Part shown: positions 39,636 to 52,467 of the stretch, piece by piece | How positions within the stretch are numbered: the first letter of the stretch is position 1 | Layout of the letters: the number at the start of each line of letters is the position of its first letter | Assembly: GCA_045837725.1 (NCBI GenBank) | Contig: JBEWZL010000260.1 | Location: forward strand, 62,001 to 126,000 | Reading direction: 5' to 3' | Length of the DNA stretch: 64,000 nt | From: Vermamoeba vermiformis | Taxonomy: Eukaryota | Notes under the pieces: model-generated | The model's input: only the letters and a program-made list of their open reading frames with translations | Databases searched by the model: none | What the model was told of the DNA's origin: nothing | Made by a program: the position numbers and the translations under genes

Positions 39636-41365
39636 ATGCTACTAAGGTCAATATTATATTATATATTAGCTTTACAGCTGTTAATGGTTGCTCAAGCCGG
39701 GATGATTATTGTTTCGTCCTCAGATCCGAGTATTATCGGCGAATATAACGCTGTTCCGAATTTCTTCGAGAACAATCCAACCTCGTGGAATATTTCTGGC
39801 GAATTAATTCCCATTTGGAGAGCAAATGACATGGCAGATCTGACTGGAAAAATCATCTGGGTGCCCAGGCCTCAGCGATGGATTTGGGATGAAATTGCCA
39901 TACCACTACAATCAAAAGGAGCTATTGGTGTTGTTGTCTCCCCTCATCATGTCTTTCGTAAGCTCGGACACTTTTTTACATCCGTTTAGTATACTAATTC
40001 AGCAAATTCAATCTTTATAGCACTTGCCGATAATTAACGATAAAAATAGGTCAGGTTCCTGGCTCTGAAATGTTTTATGATTACAGAGCGACAACTTACA
40101 AATGGCTGTTGCCGCACAACTCGTTATCGGAGTCCGTCTTTTCGACTATTAATGCCTCCTTTGCAAATTTAAATACTACAGCTTACGTTATCGTAGATTC
40201 ATATAGTAAGAACGATATTACGTGCATATAATTTTGCAATAGCTCAGTGGACGTAATAACACAATTGACAGGTATTAATGAATGGAAAGTTGTGAGCGAT
40301 TCCGATTGGCTTATAGCATGGCAGGTCGTCTTAGGATTTATTGGCTTAGCAACGATAATTCTCGGATTTTATCTGCTGATCACGATCTTCAGAGATGCGA
40401 GAAAAATTCACATGACTACTGTACAATTATCTCTCATTTTTATCACCTTCGGAGCGATTTGGAGGACTATATACATCGTAGTTAATCCGTTCATGTATCG
40501 ACGCACGTGGTACACGGATTCGAACGATGTATTTTTGACATCCCACGCAGTTTTTACAATTTCACCGATCTTCCTTATTGCACTGTATCAGTAAGTCTAA
40601 AATTTAATTTTAAGACGATGATATCGACAACATAGTCGAATAAGGAATCAATCTCGAAATAATCTCGGCAAATTTCATTCCCAGTTAATCGTGAATCAAT
40701 CATTTATTAATGTAAATTATCTCGCAGGCACGAGCTCATGAGGAAGAACAATATGACGGCCAATCTATTCTTGAATCGAATGCGCATCCCGTTCTTCGTT
40801 TGTATCGGAGTACTCTTCGCGGCTGAAATTGCCATCAGCGCGATTAGAGCTCAAGGAGCAACTACTGCAGTGACGTACATCAACGTTATCCTATATTTGG
40901 CAGTTGCGTTGGTATTCTCAGTCTTCTTCGTGGTCACGTCCATCCGAATTACTCTCTTCTTGCGTAGAATGCGCAAGTTAAGTACTAAAAAAGCCTCGTT
41001 ACTCAAGGTAAGCCTAATTATATTACAAAAAGTGTATCTAATGAGTTGTTGTTCAGACCACAACGTTGTTAGCATGCTCGACAATTGCCCAAGTTATTTT
41101 CATCGTGTCGCTGGGCATGTTTTTATCGCCGTACTTTACTATGCCATTATACAACAGTATCATATGGTTCTTCCTCATGCTATCACTATATGCTATTAGT
41201 TTGATCCACATAACAACATACTTAGTCAATTTGAAGTCAATTCTCAACTCATCGAAGAGCAGCAAAGTCTCCTCACAGTTATCAAATCCCAGTCACTTGA
41301 ACAACACAAGCAGCAACACCAACAATAATGAATCTTATGACACTAAGAAGGGGGATTCAGTTTGA
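39636..41365 (+). CDS. Signal peptide + PA (protease-associated)-like ectodomain + seven-transmembrane protein
   Basis: Signal peptide MLLRSILYYILALQLLMVAQA. PA-like DLTGKIIWV..LQSKGAIGVVV. Seven hydrophobic segments in later exons. Ser/Asn-rich cytoplasmic tail. Confidence 0.7.
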
Positions 41366-41379
41366 CCAAATCTTGTATA

Positions 41380-43397
41380 ATATTAAATGAGTTTATTTCA
41401 CCTTGGCTTCCAGCATAAGAAATTAATATCTGTGTAAGTAACCTGATGAACACACTGGTATTTTACTATTGTGTGCCAAACCTTTCTTCCAGGAGCTGGG
41501 CAACACCATCTTGGTAGACAATATTAAGAACTTTGAGCCTAGCTGGTGAAGTTGATTCAATATAAGAACGCATTTCTGAGCAGGCAGTGGATGATAATAC
41601 ATGCTGCTCAATTGGTTAGATACAAGAGAAGTGTGTCAAGCATACCCACTGGAAATGCATAACCTTTTGCAAATTGTTTCACTGCCAATACCATAAGTAC
41701 AACAGAGAAGTCTTTCTCCTGAGAAAATGGTTTGATGGAAGTTGGTTTTCAGGAATGATTTTTCTTTCTGCTTTTAGTCTTAACATCTGCATTTCTGTTA
41801 GTTATACTTCATAGGTATTTAACCATACCAAGCTTGCTACATCATTCCCCTCTGGTAGATCAGAGTGCATGAATTGGCCTTGAAGCAATTCTTGCAGCTG
41901 ATGAATTTCATCCAAAAATATTGCCCGAATTCCCACTTTTTGGGCAAACTCCACATGCCTGCTGCAAAATGTATTAAATGTGTCACGTTTGTTGGCCAAA
42001 TGAAGATTCTTTTTGAACACTTTAACCAACAATTGTTGGCCACCATTTGATATGAAGTGCAAATAAGCTTTTTGCTTGTGAGTATCATCTTCAAAGACAC
42101 TGTTCACTAATAAAAAGAAATTAATTTGGAGCTTACTACTACTACTTGCTTATTACCTTGGTTGTAGAACCTCTCTGCAAGATCAAGTGCTGCCAAAGAG
42201 ACTAGCATCATTATTCTTGTGGCATGTTCCAGCAATTTTAATTCTTGATCATAACACCATTTGTTTGGAGGAGTTGTAAGGTGTTTGGCAAGAAGTTCTG
42301 AGATAGCATCATGTGCAGCATCAAATAATTGCTTGTGACCTTCTTCAACATTGTGTAACACTATGCCCCCACAGTTGCGTGCATAGGAATGCATGAAGGG
42401 AGTTTTTCCTGCACCACTCACTGAGAAGTGTCAGCAGCATGCCCAAGGAGCAAAACAACACTTACGTTGCACAATCCAGAACAGTTTGTGCATAAGTTGT
42501 CTCGCCACTGACATTTGTATTGCATCAGTCAAAGCATTAAACAAATTGGGCTGCTGCTGATACAAGTCGTCAAAGTAAAAAGTGTCCCATTTTGAAGTCC
42601 TGGTGGGCTGTGAGCTTGGGCTTGTCCCCAAAGGCAGGGATTTGATTTTCAAGTGGTGAATGTTTTCTTGCCGCCACGTAGAATATTCCTCTAATTGCTG
42701 CAAATAGACCAGGCTTGCTTCAATATCCGCCTTGATCTCATCTTCGGTTGTCACTTGCATGTCAGAAAATTCATAATTAGTTACACCAAGTAATGAGTTT
42801 TTTGTGTAATAAGCCAACCTTGATAATTAATTAAAGTAGCCCTCATCTTATCGCTGCTTATTTTTGGCAGATAGCTTAAAAACGCTTCAGGATCAGCCAC
42901 TAAGAATTTTCCATTCAACTGTGGATTCGTTTGAACTGTTTGGATGGCCTTTTCACTGTAGCCTTTTGTTTGCATCCATTTGGCTAAGTCCGTGTTCGAG
43001 CACTCTTTCACTACAACATCCGCGTAATCAGCAACAGATAGGAAGATCTGATCCAGTTACTTACATGGCTTAGCTTGTACGATATAATTTTCCAGCTTTC
43101 TGTTCGCTACAAAGCCAGTTTAGCAATTATTATTGTTGATGTTGCCTACCTTGGTAAAGAGATTTTGTGGTTAAATAATTTCGCAAATTTGCGCCGTATG
43201 ACCTAACAAAATTAGAACTACGACCAAATTAATTTCGTAGAATACAATTGAATTTGTTGGAGTTTCTTTGCTCCTCGGGCCACATTATTACGATTTTTCT
43301 GGTTAGTAAAAATAAATATTCGCTGACTGGTGATTGCCGAAGCGGATTTGCACTTTGTTCTGTGCTGAACGCATGCTAAAGTTCGTAACAAAAACAT
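41380..43397 (-). pseudogene. Decayed presequence-like leader + SAM-like + P-loop NTPase gene (Crinkler/RHS-like), copy 1
   Basis: Spliced Walker A IVQLSGAGKT and Walker B AIFLDEIH. Collinear homology with the 58.6-61.0 kb gene. 1-bp deletion near 41697, stop at 41466-41468, 3' end lost. CpG-depleted. Confidence 0.75.
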
Positions 43398-43511
43398 GTA
43401 GCATAATTTGCAAGCGTGGTATTGAGGTGCGGACGGGAAGTAAACAGGTTGAAAAGTGAACTGAACTCAGTTTTTCTATTCAGAGTACTAAACAGCAACT
43501 CTTCCTCGTCC

Positions 43512-45748
43512 ATGAATTTTTATATTGGAGTTGACGTTGGTACCACTTCTGCACGAGCAGGATTGTTCAATAAAGAAGGAAGATTGATCTGCTCGACATC
43601 CCACGCTATTGCCGTTTACAAGCCTCAAACAGATTATTATGAGCATTCCTCGAATGATATTTGGCAGGTAAATTGTACTGATAGCTTAAATTCGTTTCAT
43701 TAGTTCAGGTAGCAATTTAAAAAATTAATTTCTAAACAGCGCTCGTTATAAAATAAAAAATAACTTAAAATTATTTCAAAGGCCGTTGTATATTGTATCA
43801 AAAAAATATTAGAGGACTCAAAAGTCGTTCCAGAAACGGTCAAAGGCATTGGATTCGATGCAACTTGCTCCTTGTAGGTATTTATGCACCTCTTTCTCCT
43901 TGTTGCTAATACAATTAATAGAGTAGTGCTTGGCGCTAATGATCAGCCGATCAGCGTCAGCCCAACGAACGATCCCGACCAGAACGTAATTGTGAGTTAA
44001 TGATCACGCAATCTTTTGGGCTAATCATAATAAATTAGGTATGGATGGATCATAGAGCTATCAAACAAGCAGAGTTTATTAATAGCACAAAGCACGAAGG
44101 TACGGGCCTGATCCAGTCGCAAAAACATAGTTACCGACTTAAATTACAGTATTGAAATATATCGGCAATGTAATATCACCCGAAATGGAGACGCCTAAAT
44201 TATTATGGTTGAAGCAACACAAACCTGACGCGTGGACCAACGCCACTAAATTTTTGGATCTTGTTGACTTCCTCACTTACACGGCGACAGGTACGACAAT
44301 AATTAGAATTACTCGTATTTAACAATACTATTAGGTTGTGATACCCGGTCTCTATGTACAGTAGTATGCAAATGGACTTTTCAAGAACATAGACGGCCGA
44401 CAAGTGGAGCTAGATCCGATGACACGTACGGGTGGGACGATTCGTACTTCAAACAAATAGGATTGAACGACTTAGTCGAGGAGAACTATAAAAGAATAGG
44501 CACATCAGTTGGCATGATGGGTCAGGCTATCGGCAACGGACTGACGGCTAAAGCGGCGCAAGAATTTGGTTTGAAAGAAGGCACCGCTGTGTCCGTTGGA
44601 ATTATAGATGCGCATGCGGGAGGCATTGGATTGTTAGGCACTTCAATTAGCGGCGAAAAAGTTGATTTGAAGATGCTCGAGCGACGATTGGCTTTCATTG
44701 CAGGTACGAGATCTACGGTGCAACTTACTACAGATCTCACAATTATTTTTGTTTAGGCACTTCAGCGTGTCATATGGCATGCAGTATTGAACCGAAGTTC
44801 ATTAACGGCATTTGGGGCCCGTATTTGCAAGCGATGATTCCAAACGCATGGCTGACGGAAGGTGGTCAAAGTGCTGTTGGCTCGTTGATTGATCACATTA
44901 TAGACACGTACGTCTGCATTTGTGTAAGGTCTCTTATTAATTAGTGTATAGGCACTCTGAAGGCAAGGCTCTTCGAGACCAAGCTAAGCACGACAATCGT
45001 TCAGTGTTCGATATTTTGAACAGACAACTGGCGCACTTGGCCGAGCAAAAATCAACTTCAGTGCCACTGCTGACGTCACACCTACACGTGTTGCCTTATT
45101 GGCACGGAAATAGAAGCCCGAGGTATAATATTTTATAAGACTATTACTCTAGTTTGGTATTAACGGAGTTCACAGAGCGGATCCAACATTGCAAGGAATG
45201 ATTAGCGGTTTGACCCTAGGCGACACATTAGCCGTTATTTATTTAGCTACATTACAAGCAATTGCATTAGGAACGCGTCATATTATCAGCGAAATGAACA
45301 AGGTACGTGGAATTTTCACGCATAATTCGAGTTAGCTGATCGTAGATCCGTGTTTAGCAAGGATACAATATCGACACGATATTTATGACCGGTGGATTTG
45401 CAAAAAATACATTATTTGTAGAAGAGCTAGCCAGCATTACGAAGTGTCGTGTAATTTTAGCGCAAGAAAGTGATGCGGTATTGCTCGGATCTGCTATCCT
45501 TGGAGCCGTTGCATCAAAAGAATACAATAGTATACTAAGTGCTATGAGCACTATGAACAAAGTCGGAAAGATATTCGAACCGTCAACAGATCCTCAAGTG
45601 CTTTCATTTTACGACGCAAAGTAAGTCAGATCTGCTCTCAAACGATTAATGACGTAAAAAAACTGATTATATTTGTAGATTTCGAGTATTTTTAAAGATG
45701 TACGAACATCAAATGGAGTATCGAGCGTTAATGAATCAATCTCAATAA
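43512..45748 (+). CDS. FGGY-family carbohydrate kinase (ribulokinase-like)
   Basis: [73 protein letters not shown]. Confidence 0.93.
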
Positions 45749-45891
45749 AATAATGTCTGCAGATCAGCTACAGTGCCAGCATAAGCAACGAAACCTAGAA
45801 TCTTCTTCTTCTTTTTTTTTACGTATTCTAAATCAGAGCTCATTGGCAGAATAAGTTAATTCGATTTTATTTACAAAAATACACTTTTCTT

Positions 45892-47522
45892 TCAGTTTCC
45901 ACCGCCACTGGCAGCATATCCTTCATTTTCTTCGTACATTCGATACGTCACGTACGGAAGTCGTAGATGCATGGCAGATTCATGAACGCGAACGAACGGC
46001 ACACTGACGCCGTAGAAGTGTTTGAGCAAGTGCACAATGTTGCCGAGTGTCAGCAGCACTGTCAGCGAGAAGAACACAACTGCGACGAAGAGCGCGAAGA
46101 CGGTGAGTTGCGTGATGGATGTCAACAAGAACAGTGACACGGGGGTCTGACTGATCACGTGCATGCATTCTGATTCAAACACAAGTTCGTTCGGCACAGC
46201 AGAGTAATCAGTAATGTTAGGTGTGAGTCGCTTGACGTTGATTGACAGTGGGACGGCGCTCTCGAAGAGTTCTGTCAAGAGCTCCACTTTGACACGTTGT
46301 GACATCCACGTGTCAATTTGATGAACGAGGCCAGTAGCGTTGACGTTTTCCAACATCAAATCGGCGCTACTTTCTTCGCTTACATGGTTCATTTCCTCTT
46401 GGATTGGCTCGTTCACTGCCGTAGTTACGATTTCATCGTCGGTCTCATATTCTTCGTTAACTTGGTCTTCGATATCTTCAGCAATGTCTTCGCCCTTAAT
46501 GATCGGCATGAACTGTGAGCAGGTGATCTTTGCGTTAAATCTAGTGTAAGGGAACTGCTCTTCGAAGCTTTGCAAGAATTCAGTTCGTTGGTGCATTAGA
46601 GACGTTATGCCATTCTGCACAGCTCGTGAAATTTCTTCAAAATCTACAGAAACATCTGCAATGTCGGGCAGCAGCACAGTAGTGTTGACTGATAGCACGC
46701 ATCGATGTCCATAGCGCACACTTGTCACGAGACCACGTGATGAGTGTTGCGTGACACGAGGGTTGACATGGACATCTCGTGCACTCACTGAGAACAGATC
46801 AAAGTTCAACGCGAAGTTTCGAGTCGTGAGCTCCAATGCCACGTGATTTTCACCAACGGCATCGGGGACTAACTCCGAGACAAATGACCACAGACCTGGC
46901 AATGCTCCAGGATGACTACTGACATCATCAATCCCGAACCACTCGTACAGCTTCGATTCATCAACGACATGCACGTAGAATGATGGTAATGATATGTGTC
47001 CAGGTGGTGGCTGTGGTATTTCTTTCAGCACCGCTTGGAGGCGTAGATCTGGAAGTGTGACACGTTCTGCAAGATCGGCACTAAGAGCGCTTACAGCGTT
47101 CAAATAATCAATCGAATTCTTCGTTGACGCATTGTTTTTGAATATTCTAAGCATAGTTTATGAGTTTCATGCGTGTTAAATGAATAAAAATTCGAACCTA
47201 CATTTTGCGAGTGCCGTTAAAAATATCATTGTTGTGCAGTTGAGCTAACAACGTCATATTCGATAATACTTGAGGTCCTATTATTAAATAAGGATATCAG
47301 TAATTTTTTTATTGGTTTTGGAAGCTTGAAATTTGCGTTTTGTACGGAGGATCTTGATCTGCACGTACCAAAGCTCGGCATTCCCACTGAATATTGAGAC
47401 AAAAGTACTTGTTGACCGACACGCACGTTATCATGATCGTATAAATAAAAGGTTTCGGTTGGCCTCGGATCTTGCTTGCATAATTGAACTGACGGGAAGA
47501 TTATGTCTGAAATTGATGCCAT
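45892..47522 (-). CDS. Putative MACPF/CDC-like domain protein with C-terminal transmembrane helix
   Basis: Three exons (introns about 47146-47201 and 47278-47367). Motifs LVTSVRYGHRCVLSV and ESAVPLSINVKRL. Hydrophobic FALFVAVVFFSLTVLLTLG near the C-terminus. Confidence 0.5.
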
Positions 47523-48050
47523 TAATAAAAATAAATATATACGAAGTTATATTAAATATGTAGATTTATCTATAGGAGCAGTTAATGAAAAGATCCAAAT
47601 TGAACGATCACTTACATTCCGGTTGGCAAAAACAAAATGACAATAGCAAGCAGCACACAACACCATATAATGTGTTGCTCTTCGTCATTTTTGAGCTGCT
47701 GAAAGATTTTCCCACGCAAAATCGGTTTTATGCAAATTGTTCGAAATTTCAAGTCAAAAAAACGTTTTTGCCTTCGAGTGAGTTTTGTAGACCAGCACCT
47801 TTACCTCACCACAATTGTAAATACAAAAAATCGCCTATTGTAAATATTAGGTAAGCGGAAAATTGGTGGGTAGGGAGATGATTAAAAAACTGGACCCGTA
47901 TTGCTTAAATTCATTCAAAGTGTCGAACTTATTACAAAATTATTGATAATTGATGGCACTACTATCCAAAATAGTATAACTAATTTAGGGAATTATTTCA
48001 GAAAATTTTTCATCAAATCCGCTCCGTGGCTAACTTAGCTTGCATTTAGG

Positions 48051-50043
48051 ATGGAAAAGAATAACAAGACGAAAATTATTGTAATTGGTGCTGGTATTGC
48101 AGGTCTTAGCTGCGCTTCAACCTTGATCCAAAATAACAAATTCGATGTCACGGTGCTAGAAGCTAGAAATGTGCGCTCAGCTATTTATTTAAATAGCAAT
48201 TATTAACTAATTATTTATAGCGTTTAGGAGGTCGAATTGATACCAAGCAATTTGGTCCTGTAAGTCTTTCACAACAATTATTTGAAATTCGAATAAATTG
48301 GATCAGAACGAAGCAATCAAGACCTGAATAACACATGCATATTATAGGCTGTTGTAGATTTAGGCGCATCATGGCTGCACGGCATTTCAGATAATTTATT
48401 GTACGACAGAGGCGAAGAAATGGGCTTGAAATACAGAATGACCGCCGAAGAATGTGAAAAACTCTTGCAAGAAACAGATTTTAATAATATTAAATTTTTA
48501 CCGACACCACCGGTGATAGATTATAACGGCAAATCAATGTCGCATGTTTACACGCAGTTTTACCACGAATGGGAAGAAGTAGCGGATGAAGTTGAGGACT
48601 TTTATGAGGACAATAAGGACGAGCACGGATTGGTCAGCGATAAAATTAAAGACATGTCGGTCATGGAAAAGTACGTGCACGATAATGATACTAGATCCGG
48701 AAGTGAAGCAAGATCCGGTGTCGTCATGACGTTCATATGTTGGGTGGTTTAGTTAACTAAGTAATATTTTTGATTCAGGATGATGGAAATTGCCAAGAAA
48801 GCAGGGGTCGATGCAAAACTGAAAAAGAAATTAGGCGAAGAAATGTTTGAGCGATTAGTTCAATTTTCAGCCGCGTTTCAATCAGGTAAAAACAAATATC
48901 ACAGATCATGATGTAATTCTTAATAGCTAATTTTGCATAATCAGGTTACTACGGCGGAGAAATGACGAGTTTATCTGCAAAGTACATGGGATTTTTGCAC
49001 GAGACAGGCGGCGATATGTTGGTGCTGAATGGATATATGACCGCAATTAACTATCTTTCCAAGAATATTGATATTAAGACCAACTGTCAAGTCAGCAAAA
49101 TCATCTATAATAAGAAAGATGCCAAGAATGGAAGTCATTGTGTCACGTTAGAGACGAGTGTTGGTCGCATGACATGTGATCACGTGGTGGTGACAGTGCC
49201 ACTCGGGTGTCTCAAACACAACGCTGTCGAGTTCGAGCCTGCACTTCCTTCACGCAAACAAAAAGCTATTGAACGATTGGGCGCTGGTACGTAACAATCT
49301 TATTCTTGGTTTATAATATAATTAATATCACGATATATGGCACTAATAGTAATGATACAATAGTTATTGGAGTTTGTATTTAAGCTTGTGCAAATTTTTT
49401 AATTGTTGTGACAGGTCTACTTGACAAAGTTGTGCTGCGATTCAAAAAGAGATTTTGGGAGAAAGATTTGCGTTGGCTGCAAGTAGTCCCCGAGGGCATT
49501 GGCTTCACGAGCTTTATGAACTTTTTCAAACAAACTCTGGAGCCAATTTTGGTTGCGTTTGTGTCACCCGAGCACGGCAAAATTATGGAAACAAAACCTG
49601 ACAACGAAGTGATCGAGGAGGCTTTAGGCGTAAGAATGAGTCATGATACCGTGTTAATGTCCTAATATTTGTTATAGATATTGAAAGCCTACTACGGCAA
49701 AAAAGTTGGGGATCTGTTCGAAGAAGGATGCGTGACCAAGTGGTGGACAGATCCGTTCTCGCGAGGGTCTTATAGTTATTTGCCCGTAGGAAGCACACCA
49801 GAAGACTATACTGCAATGTCAGAGCCCGTTTGTGATGATCACGTGCTGTTCGCTGGTGAACACACAACGAGGTCAGGGCAGATCTCGAAACAAAGCAGCA
49901 AGATAATAATATACTAATCGTGTTTTTATAGGAGTCATCCGGCTACTGTAGGTGGCGCGTATTTGAGCGGTCAACGAGAAGCTAAGCGATTATTGGAGAA
50001 GTACAACAGCACGGATGCGAAGAGTGAGAAGGAAAAGAAATAA
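48051..50043 (+). CDS. Flavin-containing amine oxidase (polyamine oxidase-like), tandem copy A
   Basis: IIVIGAGIAGL, LEARNRLGGRI, DLGASWLHG, VVVTVPLGCLK, WWTDPFSRGSYS, FAGEHT..HPATVGGAYLSGQREA. Confidence 0.92.
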
Positions 50044-51336
50044 CTGCCCTGTAAACCGAAAAAAAACTGCCTAATTTATAGCGCAAAAATATGCAATCGT
50101 TGCGAGAGTTCTGGATCTTGCACGAGTACTTGTAAACAAGCATGTAAAATTTCGTTTTTGTTTGTAACGGATTCGAGAAACACTGCACACATGGCAGAAA
50201 TTACGCGCAAAATTAAAGTTGTAATTATTGGCGCCGGCATAGCAGGTTTAGGATGCGCTGAAGCGTTGAACAAACACAAAGATCTGTTTGATATTACTGT
50301 GGTCGAGGCTAGAGACGTAAGGAAAATTAAAGCATATTTTTTAAATTTAATGTGGTAATATTTAGAGGCTTGGAGGCCGCTTAGATACGCGGATGTTCGG
50401 ATCTGTAAGATCTAGTAAAATATTTGTTTAAAAATATCTAATATTAGCAAATAGACTCCAATTGATGTAGGCGCTATGTGGATGCATAGAACGGATGATA
50501 ACGCTTTATTTGACCGTGCAAACGAACTGGGACTGAAATTAGATTTTACATCCGACCAACAAAAGCGTTTTGATGAGGAAACGAACGATCACATTAAAGT
50601 ATTACCTTCTCCTCCTGTTATAGATACGCATGGTAACTGCTATGCAAAGGAAGGGAAGCTTTTCTTTGACGAATGGGACAAGCTCGTGCAAGAAGTCGAA
50701 GATCTGTATCCAAAATTAAAGGACAAAAATGGTTTGGTCGGAGATCAGGTGAAAGATATGCCAGTTATTGAAAAGTAAGCACTTCTATATTTAATTTGGA
50801 TTTTTTAGCTAGTACGACTAGATCGAACTCGAACTCGATCTTCATCTTGTTAAATTTTTTCCGACGGTTCTAAATTTTATTAACTTTAGGTTTCACGAAC
50901 TAGCTAAACAGCGTGGAGTAGATATTAAGCTTAAAAATCAACTCGGCGAATCGTTGTACCACAGACTGGTCAATTCCTCGTCAGCTAGTTTGTCGGGATA
51001 TTACGCCGGAGAATTAGAACGCTTGAGCTCAAAGTACATGGGATTTTTGAACGAAACAGGAGCTGACAAATATGTTATGAGTGGATATAGTACTGCTGTC
51101 AAGTACTTGGCACGAGATCTGGATGTGAAACTCAACACGCAAGTTCGCAAAATCATCGTTAAGAATAATGGTCCTGCGTCTAAAAATAGCAACCAATCAC
51201 ATTGCATCACGTTAGAAACGAGTGCAGGTCGCATGACATGTGATCACGTGGTGGTGACAGTGCCACTCGGGTGTCTCAAACACAACGCTGTCGAGTTCGA
51301 GCCTGCACTTCCTTCACGCAAACAAAAAGCTATTGA
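49163..51336 (+). repeat. 110-bp identical tract shared by the two amine oxidase genes (49163-49272 and 51227-51336)
   Basis: ggtcgcatgacatgtgatcacgtgg..aaaagctattga is base-identical in both copies while the flanks are diverged. Confidence 0.9.
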
Positions 51337-52187
51337 GAGACTCGGTGCTGGTACGTAACAAAAAACTTTATTCTTATTACGTAACAAAATGTTCGTTTGG
51401 ATGTGCTCAAATAATGCACGAACTCTGCAATTTACGGATCTATTTTGATTGGGTCTTTTTTGCAGTGGTTGACTAGAATTTTATTGTAGGAGTAATAGGC
51501 AAGGTGGTATTGAAGTTTCAAAGGAGGTTTTGGAACAAAGAATTCGGGTGGATCAAAGTCGTTCCGGATGCGGATCAGATCAGCTTCACTGGCATTAGAA
51601 GTTTCTACAAACATACCCTGCAGCCTATATTAATCGCATTCGTACCTCCTGCGCTATGCAAAACTCTCGAGTTGCGCGAAGACAAAGACGTAATTCATCA
51701 GGCGTTGCAAGTACGTTTAGATCCATTTAACCAAGTTATTCTTGGTTTTTAACAATAATATATATATATATATTATTAACATTTATAATAGATTCTAAGC
51801 AACTATTATGGTCCCGAAGTGCATCAGTTGTTTGAGCAAGGTTTTGTAACGAGATGGGGAGCCGATCCGTTCTCGCGTGGTGCTTACAGGTATAACTCAA
51901 TATGCATATTATTACTCTATTATTTACACGTGGCTAGTTATATCGAGGTTGGAGGCACGCCTGAGGATTACACCGCCATGGCCGAACCTTTGTTTGGAGA
52001 TCGAGTACTTTTCGCTGGTGAACACACTACGACGTAATACCGCACATTAAGATAATATATATACTTGATGCATAACAATGCATTTTATAGGAGCCATCCT
52101 GCAACTGTTGGAGGAGCGTACGCTAGTGGTGTTCGCGAAGCAGAAAGGTTAATTGAGAAGATCCGACTGTTGCATCCTAAGTTATGA
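50191..52187 (+). CDS. Flavin-containing amine oxidase (polyamine oxidase-like), tandem copy B
   Basis: Same motifs and largely the same introns as copy A. Ends ..LHPKL-stop. Confidence 0.92.
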
Positions 52188-52467
52188 AAACTGCTCCATG
52201 GTAGCAAGTATTTAGGTATTTTAGCGAAGGGCAAGTCAATTTAGTACACTCTTATTCTTAAAATTGACTACAGCGCGCTAAAATTCCGACATATCTGAAA
52301 CAACGTGCGGGAAAAGCATAAAGATCGTCGGAAATCAAAATCACTAGTGTTATATGCGTAACAAGATATCAAACTAGCCAGAAGGTCTTTATTTTGGTCA
52401 GTGAATGCTCCGACAGCTGAGACAAAATCTTGTGAATCATTCTAATTATATTCGTTCATCTGGTAGT

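Noticed and set aside
47180-47205. T-loop-like ggttcgaa suggesting a tRNA
   Set aside because: It lies in a short intron with no cloverleaf. No tRNA, rRNA or CRISPR array was recognised in the window.
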